The notes: generated from the letters alone by a model not told the origin. A stretch of 11,488 nt of DNA from Chlamydiota bacterium (GCA_037133055.1 JBAXOY010000095.1:1-11488), one strand, 5' to 3'. Counted from the stretch's first letter, positions 1 to 7,302 are shown. Program-made: numbers and translations.

Positions 1-50
1 GGTCGATAAAAAAAGTCAATAGTCGATAGTCCGAACGGAGTGAGGACATG
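1..50 (+). repeat. Partial heptamer (GTCSATR) repeat arm fused to the RND ribosome-binding region
   Basis: GTCGATA (2-8), GTCAATA (15-21), GTCGATA (22-28), then GTCCGAACGGAGTGAGGAC-ATG. Positions 22-50 match 3183-3211 at 23/29 nt. Confidence 0.65.
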
Positions 51-3000
51 AGCCTGCCGGAGTTCGGCGTACGAAAGCCGGTCACGAACCTGATGATCTT
101 CTCGGGGATCATCGTCATCTCCCTCTACTCCCTGATGAACCTGGGCGTGGACATGATGCCCGAGATCGAGCCCCCCGCCATCACCGTCCTCTCCATCTAC
201 CCCGGCGCGAACCCGGAGGACGTCGAGACGAAGGTGACGGAGCCGCTCGAGAACCGCCTCGCCACGACGCCGGGCCTCGACAAGATCTACGCGCGGTGCC
301 TCGAGGGGCTTTCCCTCATCACCCTCAAGTTCAACTGGGGCAGCAATCTCGACGAGGCCTCGAACGACATCCGGGACAGGATAGACCAGGCAAAGCGCGA
401 GCTCCCCGATATCCCCGACGAGATGGACAACCCGTTCATCTTCAAGTTCAACACCGCGATGATCCCCATCCTCTTCATCGGCTTCGGGGCCGACCGCTCC
501 TACCCGGACCTCTACGACCTCATAGACAAGACCGTGGTGGACGAGCTGAAGCAGATCCCGGGCGTCGGGACGGTCCAGCTCCAGGGGGGCCTCAAGCGGC
601 AGATCAACATCTGGATAGACCGGAAGCGGCTCGAGGCGTACGGCTTCTCCATCCTCGACATCCAGGAGATATTGAAGAAGGAGAACTTCACCCAGCCCGC
701 GGGGAGCATCAAGTACGGCCTCACCGATTACCTGGTGCGGGTGCCCGGCGAGTTCGCGACCCCCGAGGAGATCAACACCGTGATCCTCGGCACGCGCAAG
801 GGCAACCTGATCTATCTGAAAGACGTCGCGCGCGTCGAGGACAGCTTCAGGGAGGTGACGAGCGTCGTACGGATCAACCGGAAGCCCGGGCTGATGATGA
901 TCATCCAGAAGCAGATCGGGTCGAACAGCGTCCAGGTTGCGGAGAGGGTCAAAAAGAAACTTTCCACCCTCATGGACAAGCTCCCCCCCGACGTGCGGAT
1001 GACCATCATCATGGACACCTCCGGGGACATCATCGACTCCCTGAACTCGCTGAAGAAGACGGTCTGGCAGGGGGGCATATTCGTCATCCTGGTCGTCTGG
1101 TTCTTCCTGCGGCGCTTCATCCCCAGTCTCATCATCGCCCTCACCATCCCGTTCTCGCTCCTCATCGCCTTCATCTACCTGTTCCTGAGCGGTCGCACGA
1201 TCAACATCGTGAGCCTCTCCTCCCTCACCATCGCCATCGGCATGGTGGTGGACAACGCCATCGTCATCGTGGACAACGTGTACCGGCACATGGAGCGCGG
1301 GCGGCGCCCCCGGGAGGCCGCAATCTTCGGGACCAACGAGATGTTCCTCTCCGTGTCCGCCTCGACCCTGACCACGGTCGTGGTCTTCCTCCCGATGCTC
1401 TTCATCACGGGGATCATCGGCATCTGGTTCGGCGAGCTCGCCATCACCATCACCGTGACGCTCACCGCCTCGCTCTTCACGGCGGTGACGTTCACCCCGA
1501 TGCTTTGTTCGAAGCTCATGAAGGTCGCGCCCCGCGCGCAGTCGCCCGGGCCGCAGGCCGCGGACCGCGGGACGCCGGCGGGGCTCTTGAATCGTTTCTA
1601 CGCCCTCTCGGAGCGATGGTTCACCTCGTGGGAAGCCAACTACGCCAAGGCGCTCGGCTGGTGCCTCGCGCACCGGAAGATCACCCTCGTCGGGTTCACG
1701 GGGGTTTTCCTCGCGAGCCTCCTCCTCATCCCGTTCGTGGGCTACGAGTTCGCGCCCGAGGACGACCAGGGGGACATCCGCGCGACGCTTCAGCTCCCCC
1801 TCGGCACGCGCATCGAGGAAACGGACAGGGTGGGGAACAGGGTCGAGGCGCTCTTCTACAAGAACGTCCCCGAGCTGAAATCGATCTTCGTGCGCAACGG
1901 CCTGAGCTCGGAAATCGGCGCGGTCTTCGGCGACGCGTCGGGGTCGCACGTGATAACGGTCGGAGCGAAGTGCATCCCGAAGACGGACCGGAAGCGATCC
2001 ATCCAGGAAATCGCGCAGGACGTCCGGACCGGGGTGGAGAAGATCCCCGGCATCGTGAAGACCGATTTCACCATCGGGAACCCGATCGGGCGCGCCATCT
2101 CGGGGACGGGCGGCAAGTCCATCCAGGTCGAGGTGATCGGGCACTCCTTCGCGGAGACGGGCGCCGTCGCGGATAAGATCAAGGCGGTCATGGAGAAGGT
2201 TCCCGGCGCGGTGGACGTCAGCACCTCCCGCGAGCTCAAGCGCCCCGAGATCCGCATCCAGGTGAACCGCGAGAAGGCCGCCTCGCTCGGCCTCAACATG
2301 CGCACGATCGCCGACAGCATCAAGACCTACATCGAGGGCACGTCAGCCACGCGGTACCGGGAATCGGGCGACACCTACGACATCTACGTCCGCCTCAACG
2401 AGGAATCCCGCACAAAGAAGGAGGACATCGAGAGCCTCATCGTCGTCTCCCCCTTCACGCAGAAGCAGATCAAGCTCGCGAGCATCGCGCGGATATATGA
2501 GACGTTCGGCCCGATGGAGATCGAGCGGAAGAACCGGGAACGCGTCATGCGCGTCGAGTGCAACACCTACAAGCGGTCCACGGGGAAGGTGAGCGACGAC
2601 ATCCAGGCGGGAATGAGGAAGATCGCCCTCCCCGCCGGCGTCACCCTCAACTTCGGCGGCCAGGCGGAGGAGCAGTCCGAGGCGTTCCTGAACCTGACCT
2701 ACCTGCTCATCCTGGGCACCCTCCTCGTCTACATGGTCATGGCCGCCCAGTTCGAGTCGCTGCTCGATCCGTTCGTCATCATGTTCGCCATCCCCTACAC
2801 CTTCACGGGCGCCATCCTCGGCTTCATCCTGACGGGCACGACCCTCAACGTCATGTCGTTCCTCGCGATCATCATGCTGATGGGGATCGTCGTGAACAAC
2901 GCGATCGTGCTCATCAGCTACATCATCATCCTCCGCGCGCGCGGCTACACGATGGTCAAGGCGATCACCGAGGCGGGAAAGGACCGGCTCCGGCCCGTGT

Positions 3001-3212
3001 TGGCCACCACCATCACCACTCTTGTAGGGCTGCTCCCCCTCGCCATATCCAGGGGGGAGGGGTCCGAGACCTGGCAGCCGCTCGGCATCACGATGATCGG
3101 CGGGCTCGCCGTCTCGACCCTCGTGACCATGCTCTTCGTCCCGACGCTCTACGCGGTGTTCGAGGCGCGCCTGAAAAAGAATGTCCATGGTCCAAACGGA
3201 GCGAGGCTATGA
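48..3212 (+). CDS. RND efflux transporter permease subunit (AcrB/AcrD/AcrF family), 1054 aa
   Basis: Length and layout of an RND permease with two large periplasmic domains. Motifs YPGANPEDVE, GMVVDNAIV (TM4), MAAQFES, GIVVNNAIV (TM10), RLRPVLATT (TM11), WQPLGITMIGGL. RBS GGAG/GAGG at 37-45. Confidence 0.97.
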   Translation: MSLPEFGVRKPVTNLMIFSGIIVISLYSLMNLGVDMMPEIEPPAITVLSIYPGANPEDVETKVTEPLENRLATTPGLDKIYARCLEGLSLITLKFNWGSNLDEASNDIRDRIDQAKRELPDIPDEMDNPFIFKFNTAMIPILFIGFGADRSYPDLYDLIDKTVVDELKQIPGVGTVQLQGGLKRQINIWIDRKRLEAYGFSILDIQEILKKENFTQPAGSIKYGLTDYLVRVPGEFATPEEINTVILGTRKGNLIYLKDVARVEDSFREVTSVVRINRKPGLMMIIQKQIGSNSVQVAERVKKKLSTLMDKLPPDVRMTIIMDTSGDIIDSLNSLKKTVWQGGIFVILVVWFFLRRFIPSLIIALTIPFSLLIAFIYLFLSGRTINIVSLSSLTIAIGMVVDNAIVIVDNVYRHMERGRRPREAAIFGTNEMFLSVSASTLTTVVVFLPMLFITGIIGIWFGELAITITVTLTASLFTAVTFTPMLCSKLMKVAPRAQSPGPQAADRGTPAGLLNRFYALSERWFTSWEANYAKALGWCLAHRKITLVGFTGVFLASLLLIPFVGYEFAPEDDQGDIRATLQLPLGTRIEETDRVGNRVEALFYKNVPELKSIFVRNGLSSEIGAVFGDASGSHVITVGAKCIPKTDRKRSIQEIAQDVRTGVEKIPGIVKTDFTIGNPIGRAISGTGGKSIQVEVIGHSFAETGAVADKIKAVMEKVPGAVDVSTSRELKRPEIRIQVNREKAASLGLNMRTIADSIKTYIEGTSATRYRESGDTYDIYVRLNEESRTKKEDIESLIVVSPFTQKQIKLASIARIYETFGPMEIERKNRERVMRVECNTYKRSTGKVSDDIQAGMRKIALPAGVTLNFGGQAEEQSEAFLNLTYLLILGTLLVYMVMAAQFESLLDPFVIMFAIPYTFTGAILGFILTGTTLNVMSFLAIIMLMGIVVNNAIVLISYIIILRARGYTMVKAITEAGKDRLRPVLATTITTLVGLLPLAISRGEGSETWQPLGITMIGGLAVSTLVTMLFVPTLYAVFEARLKKNVHGPNGARL

Positions 3213-3502
3213 AAATGGTGATGATCTGCTACAACGAGGCGATCGACGACGAGGTGATGGAGGTGCTCGGGGAATGCGCCCTGAAGAACTACACCAAGGT
3301 CATTGAGGTCTTCGGCAGGGGCGAGGGCTCGGGAACTCACCTCGGAAACGACATCTGGCCCGGGAGGAACAGCATCCTCTACATCGCCTGCGACGACGCG
3401 GCGGCTGAGCGGCTCCTCGGGTGCGTGAAGGGGCTCCGCGCGCAGTACCGGGACGAGGGGATCAAGGCGTTCTGCTGGCGGCTGGACGCCGTAACTGACT
3501 GA
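3209..3502 (+). CDS. Small P-II-like transporter-associated protein (PG0541-type), 97 aa
   Basis: ATG at 3209 overlaps the RND stop (ATGA), RBS GAGG at 3203-3206. Sequence MKMVMICYNEAIDDEV...NYTK...VFGRGEGSGTHLGNDIWPGRNSILYI...EGIKAF has the GxG...HLG..(I/V)WPG.N pattern I recognise from P-II-like proteins encoded after RND genes. It is the C-terminal part of the 2558..3502 track ORF. Confidence 0.85.
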   Translation: MKMVMICYNEAIDDEVMEVLGECALKNYTKVIEVFGRGEGSGTHLGNDIWPGRNSILYIACDDAAAERLLGCVKGLRAQYRDEGIKAFCWRLDAVTD

Positions 3503-3503
3503 C

Positions 3504-3554
3504 AGTCCATGGTCCATGGTCGATAGCCGGGAAACGCGTATGTGGCCATGGACT
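3504..3554. repeat. Heptamer-armed palindromic element A between convergent genes; possible bidirectional terminator or mRNA-stabilising hairpin
   Basis: AGTCCATG-GTCCATG-GTCGATA-GCC-core-GGCCATGGACT. AGTCCATGG (3504-3512) is the perfect reverse complement of CCATGGACT (3546-3554). It fills almost the whole gap between the stops ending at 3502 and 3556. Confidence 0.85.
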
Positions 3555-3555
3555 A

Positions 3556-4200
3556 TTACACGGCCTGCTTCGAGATCAGGACCTGAATCCTGTCGCCCAC
3601 GTTCTCTACCGCATCCGCGATCTCGGAGATCAGTTTTATCAGGTCCCCGATGATGATCTTCTCCGCGAGGGTGATGGTACTCTCCTGGAAGAGGTGCTTC
3701 AGCAGTTTGAACTCGATCGCGTCCGCCGCCTGCTCCCGCGTCGAGATCTCCTGGATGAGCGCCATCGACTTCGGCTTGTCGAGGAGCGGCCCCTCTGTGA
3801 GCTGGACGAGCGGATCGAGCGTCAAGACCGCCTTGGACGTCAGCGCGCGTATATCCGCATGCATCTCCTGCGGGATCTTCGGCGCCTCGATGACCATCGT
3901 CTGCGTCACCGTCTTCGCCCGGTTGGCGATCTTGTCGATCATCTCCACGATCCCGATATAGTCCTCCCTGAAGAACGGCAGGAACGCCCCGGCCGAGAGC
4001 TTCGCGAGGATATCCCGCCTGACCTCGTCCGCTTCGTGCTCCTTCTTGTGTACGTTGAAGGAGCTCACGTTCGCCTCTTCCAGATGGCCGTCGAGGTAGA
4101 GCCCGATCGTCTTCTCGAAAAGGGTCAGGCAATCCTTGATCTTCCCGAGGTGCTCCTTCATCAACTCCTTGACCTGCTGCTCCTTCTTGTCGAAGAACAT
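3556..4200 (-). CDS. DUF47 / TIGR00153-type PhoU-like phosphate transport regulator, copy 1 (214 aa)
   Basis: Motifs EHEADEVRRDI, FLPFFREDY, IDKIAN, EQAADAIE, IADAVENVGD. Directly downstream of a PiT gene. RBS AAGGAGG at 4214-4208. Confidence 0.93.
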   Translation of the reverse strand: MFFDKKEQQVKELMKEHLGKIKDCLTLFEKTIGLYLDGHLEEANVSSFNVHKKEHEADEVRRDILAKLSAGAFLPFFREDYIGIVEMIDKIANRAKTVTQTMVIEAPKIPQEMHADIRALTSKAVLTLDPLVQLTEGPLLDKPKSMALIQEISTREQAADAIEFKLLKHLFQESTITLAEKIIIGDLIKLISEIADAVENVGDRIQVLISKQAV

Positions 4201-4226
4201 GGCGATCCCTCCTTATGCCGACCGGA

Positions 4227-5213
4227 CTAACGCCCCATCCCCATCCCCCACGCAATCGCCACGGAGATCGCGGCCGAGATAAACGGCGTGAGGAGCCACG
4301 CGCTGAAGATGGTGAGGAGCGTTTTCGAGTTCATCGTGTTCATCCCCTTGGAAAGTCCTATGCCCGCGACCGCTCCCACGATCGCCTGGGACGACGACAC
4401 CGGCACGTGGAACTCCGTGAAGATGTGCATCGCGACCGAGTGGGCAAGCACCGCGACGAGGGCTGAGAACGGGTCCAGCAGCGTAATCCCCTGCCCCACG
4501 GTCATCATCACCTTCCTGCTGTAGGTGAGCGCTCCGATCGCGATGCTCGCCCCCCCCAGCGCAGCCGCGATCAGGGCTGCGTGGTTCGCCTGATAACGCG
4601 CGGGGTCCCCGAAGAGGCCGGCCTGAAAAAACGGGCCCGTGCTTACCACGACGTTGTTCGCCCCCAGGGTGAAGGCGCCATAGCAGCCGAAGACAAGGAG
4701 GCCCGTCTTGTAGACACGGTCGAGGATATCGATCCTTCTCACCCAGCGGTTCAGAAGGGCCCCGACAAACTTCACCACGAGGAATGCGACCACTGCCGCC
4801 CCTATCGGGTTGAGCACCCAGCAGCAGGCCCATCCCCCGAGCTTCACCCAGTTGGCCCCGCCCAGACCGCTCCCGAGGATCGCGATCCCCATCAGGCCGC
4901 CCACGGCGGCCTGCGAGCACGAGACGGGAAGGCCGAGGTAGGTGAGGCCGAGCACGGTGAGGGCCGCGGCGAAGGTGCAGACGAAGGCCAGCGTCATGGT
5001 GATCGTCGTGCCTTCATCGAACCGGTAGCCGGGATAGAGCTTCGGCCCCTCGACCACTGCGCCGATGATCGCGAAGATCGCGATGAGGATGACGGCGGTC
5101 TTGTAGCGCACGGAGTTTGTGGCGACGGCCGTGCCGAAGATATTGGCGGAGTCGTTCGCGCCGATGCCCCATCCGAGGAACAGCCCGCCGAAAAGTTTGG
5201 CCAGTACTATCAC
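4227..5213 (-). CDS. PiT family inorganic phosphate (anion) transporter, copy 1 (~328 aa)
   Basis: GANDSANIFGTAV signature, LGLPVSCSQA, second repeat GANNVV, PVSSSQAIVGAVAGIG, W.LTP. Start placed at GTG 5213 because GGAGGG (5226-5221) precedes it and it aligns with the paralogue start. Confidence 0.93.
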   Translation of the reverse strand: MIVLAKLFGGLFLGWGIGANDSANIFGTAVATNSVRYKTAVILIAIFAIIGAVVEGPKLYPGYRFDEGTTITMTLAFVCTFAAALTVLGLTYLGLPVSCSQAAVGGLMGIAILGSGLGGANWVKLGGWACCWVLNPIGAAVVAFLVVKFVGALLNRWVRRIDILDRVYKTGLLVFGCYGAFTLGANNVVVSTGPFFQAGLFGDPARYQANHAALIAAALGGASIAIGALTYSRKVMMTVGQGITLLDPFSALVAVLAHSVAMHIFTEFHVPVSSSQAIVGAVAGIGLSKGMNTMNSKTLLTIFSAWLLTPFISAAISVAIAWGMGMGR

Positions 5214-5271
5214 GAGTGCGCCCTCCGGGTGCAGGAGAATCAAAGCGTTCAGCCGGCGGATTGACACTTAT

Positions 5272-5332
5272 TAGTCCATGGTCCATAGTCCATAGCCAAC
5301 TACACCTATATGCAGCCATCGACCATGGACTA
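5272..5332. repeat. Heptamer-armed palindromic element B
   Basis: TAGTCCATG-GTCCATA-GTCCATA-GCC-core-GCCATCGAC-CATGGAC-TA. TAGTCCATGGTC (5272-5283) pairs perfectly with GACCATGGACTA (5321-5332). It abuts the stop of DUF47 copy 2. Confidence 0.85.
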
Positions 5333-5977
5333 TTACACCGCCTGCTTTGAAATCAGGACCTGGATCTTGTCCCCCACGTTCTCGACCGCGTCCGCGATCT
5401 CGGAGATCAGCTTGATCAGGTCCCCGATGATGATCTTCTCCGCGAGCGAGATGTTGACCTCCTGAAAGAGGTGCTTCAGCAGCTTAAACTCGACCGAGTC
5501 CGCCGCCTGCTCCCGCGCCGAGATCTCCTGGATGAGCGCCATCGACTTCGGCTTGTCGAGCAGCGGCCCCTCCGCGAGCTGTATGAGCGGCTCGAGTGTC
5601 ATGACCGCCTTGGACGTCAGTGTGCGTATATCCGCATGCATCTCCTGCGGGATTTTCGGCGCCTCGATGACCATCGTCTGGGTCACCGTCTTCGCCCGGT
5701 TGGCGATCTTGTCGATCAACTCGACGATTCCGATGTAGTCCTCACGGATGAACGGCAGAAACGCCCCGTCGGAGAGCTGGGCGAGGATGTCGCGCCGCAC
5801 CTCGTCCGCCTCGTGCTCCTTCTTATGGACACTGAAGGAGCTCACGCTGGCCTCCTCGACCTTGCCGTCCAGATAGATACTGATCGTCTTCTCGAAGAGC
5901 GCCAGGCATTCCCTGATCTTCTCCAGGTGCTTCTTCATGAACTCTTTTACCTGCTGCTCTTTCTTGTCGAAGAACAT
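5333..5977 (-). CDS. DUF47 / TIGR00153-type PhoU-like phosphate transport regulator, copy 2 (214 aa)
   Basis: Colinear with copy 1, with 28 substitutions in 214 aa by manual count (~87% identity). RBS GAGGAGG at 5991-5985. Confidence 0.93.
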   Translation of the reverse strand: MFFDKKEQQVKEFMKKHLEKIRECLALFEKTISIYLDGKVEEASVSSFSVHKKEHEADEVRRDILAQLSDGAFLPFIREDYIGIVELIDKIANRAKTVTQTMVIEAPKIPQEMHADIRTLTSKAVMTLEPLIQLAEGPLLDKPKSMALIQEISAREQAADSVEFKLLKHLFQEVNISLAEKIIIGDLIKLISEIADAVENVGDKIQVLISKQAV

Positions 5978-6053
5978 GACCTATCCTCCTCTGTTAACGC
6001 ATGCCCATCATGAACGCGATGTCCATTGCGAGGAGCACGTCAGCGCCGGGCGC

Positions 6054-6083
6054 AGTATACACGGGCCGGCGATGGGGGCGCAA
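6054..6083 (-). promoter_or_regulatory. Putative sigma70-type internal promoter for DUF47 copy 2 and downstream genes
   Basis: On the - strand, TTGCGC (6083-6078), an 18-nt spacer, then TATACT (6059-6054), with an AT-rich stretch just upstream in a GC-rich background. Confidence 0.55.
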
Positions 6084-6092
6084 CATTTATCT

Positions 6093-6156
6093 GTCCATGG
6101 TCGATGGTCGATAGTCCATGGCCACCTACGCGTGTATCAGCTATGGACCATGGACT
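6093..6156. repeat. Heptamer-armed palindromic element C (core inverted relative to A)
   Basis: GTCCATG-GTCGATG-GTCGATA-GTCCATG-GCC-core-GCTATGGAC-CATGGAC-T. Positions 6113-6156 match the reverse complement of 3511-3554 at 37/44 nt, core included. Confidence 0.85.
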
Positions 6157-6171
6157 TCTTTTAGCTCTTGA

Positions 6172-7137
6172 CTATGCGCGCAGCGCCGCCGCGAGGCCGA
6201 TGGCGAGAAACGCCGAGATCGCCGGGGTCAGCACCCATCCGCAGAAGATCTTCGCGAGCATCCGGGAGTTCACCATCCGCATACCCTTGGAAAGCCCCAC
6301 CCCGGCCACGGCGCCGACCGTCGCCTGCGCCGAGGAGACCGGGATGTGGAACTGCGTTGAGATGTGGAGTACCAGGGCGTGCGAGAAAACGACGACCAGG
6401 GCCGAAAACGGGTCGAGTGTCGTGATCCCGTGCCCGATGGTCTTCATCACCTTCTTCGCGTAGGTGAGCGCTCCCACCGCGATGCTCGCCCCCCCGATCG
6501 CGGCCGCGATGAAGGCGGTCCGCGGCAGCGAGGGGTCTCCGAAGAGGCCCGCGTGAAAGAAGGGCCCGGTGGTGACGACGACATTGTTCCCGCCGAGGGT
6601 GTAGGCGGCGTAGCAGCCGATCACCAGGAACCCGATCTTATAGATGAGGTTGAGGAGCATGAGGTTCTTCACGGAGCGCTGGATGAGCGGCCCGGCATAC
6701 CGTATCAGGAGGGCGGCGACGAGGCCCGAGATCACGGGATTCGTCACCCAGCAGCAGGCCCAGACCCCCAGCTTGCCCCAGTCCGCGCCGCCGACGCCGC
6801 TCACCCAGATGCTGATCCCCATAACTCCGCCGACCGCGGCCTGCGAGGCGGAGGCCGGGAGGCTGAGCCAGGTGAGCACGGAGATGGTGAGCGCGGCCCC
6901 CAGGGTTGCGGCGAAGGCGAGGGTCTCCGTGATGTCGCCGGAGAAGGTGTATGCGGGGTAGAGGCGGCGCCCCTCGACAATCGCCCCGAGCAGGGCGAAG
7001 AGCGCGATGAGGAAAACGGCGGTCTTGTAGCGGATGGAGTTGGTGGCGACGGCCGTGCCGAAGATGTCGGCGGAGTTATTGGCCCCGATCCCCCAGCCGA
7101 GGAACAGCCCGCCGAAGAGCTTTGCGAGGAAAAACAC
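6172..7137 (-). CDS. PiT family inorganic phosphate (anion) transporter, copy 2 (~321 aa)
   Basis: Paralogue of 4227..5213 with GANNSADIFGTAV, LPASASQA, GGNNVV, PVSSAQATVGAVAGVG, WVLTP. Start placed at GTG 7137 after TGAGGA (7150-7145). The longer track start at 7239 adds a non-homologous tail. Confidence 0.92.
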   Translation of the reverse strand: MFFLAKLFGGLFLGWGIGANNSADIFGTAVATNSIRYKTAVFLIALFALLGAIVEGRRLYPAYTFSGDITETLAFAATLGAALTISVLTWLSLPASASQAAVGGVMGISIWVSGVGGADWGKLGVWACCWVTNPVISGLVAALLIRYAGPLIQRSVKNLMLLNLIYKIGFLVIGCYAAYTLGGNNVVVTTGPFFHAGLFGDPSLPRTAFIAAAIGGASIAVGALTYAKKVMKTIGHGITTLDPFSALVVVFSHALVLHISTQFHIPVSSAQATVGAVAGVGLSKGMRMVNSRMLAKIFCGWVLTPAISAFLAIGLAAALRA

Positions 7138-7302
7138 GGTTGGGTCCTCATATCTCGAAAGCCCGTCAGGTACATCAGCCCGCGAATCAGGCCCCCTGCC
7201 TGACCGGCAGGCACGCACGGTCCACGGGAAGGCAGACATTTCCGCGTACCACAGGCCGGGGGACTGGAATCCCCGGGCCGGATGTGCGTGTGATGCAACA
7301 AT

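Noticed and set aside
296..2176. 626-aa alternative-frame ORF inside the RND gene, and similar overlapping track ORFs elsewhere
   Set aside because: The Arg/His/Pro-rich composition is what codon bias produces in a shifted frame. No motifs.
2558..3208. N-terminal extension of the 314-aa ORF 2558..3502
   Set aside because: It overlaps the RND gene out of frame. The plausible protein begins at ATG 3209 with its own RBS.
4231..4249. CCCCAT repeats at the PiT1 3' end as a phase-variable tract
   Set aside because: Only about three in-frame hexamers encoding the GMGMG tail; a change in number would not shift the frame.
3504..6156. Heptamer elements read as a CRISPR array or integron attC sites
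   Set aside because: The copies are 0.8-1.8 kb apart, vary in length and orientation, and have similar rather than unique cores. No cas or integrase gene is present, and there are no RYYYAAC/GTTRRRY ends.
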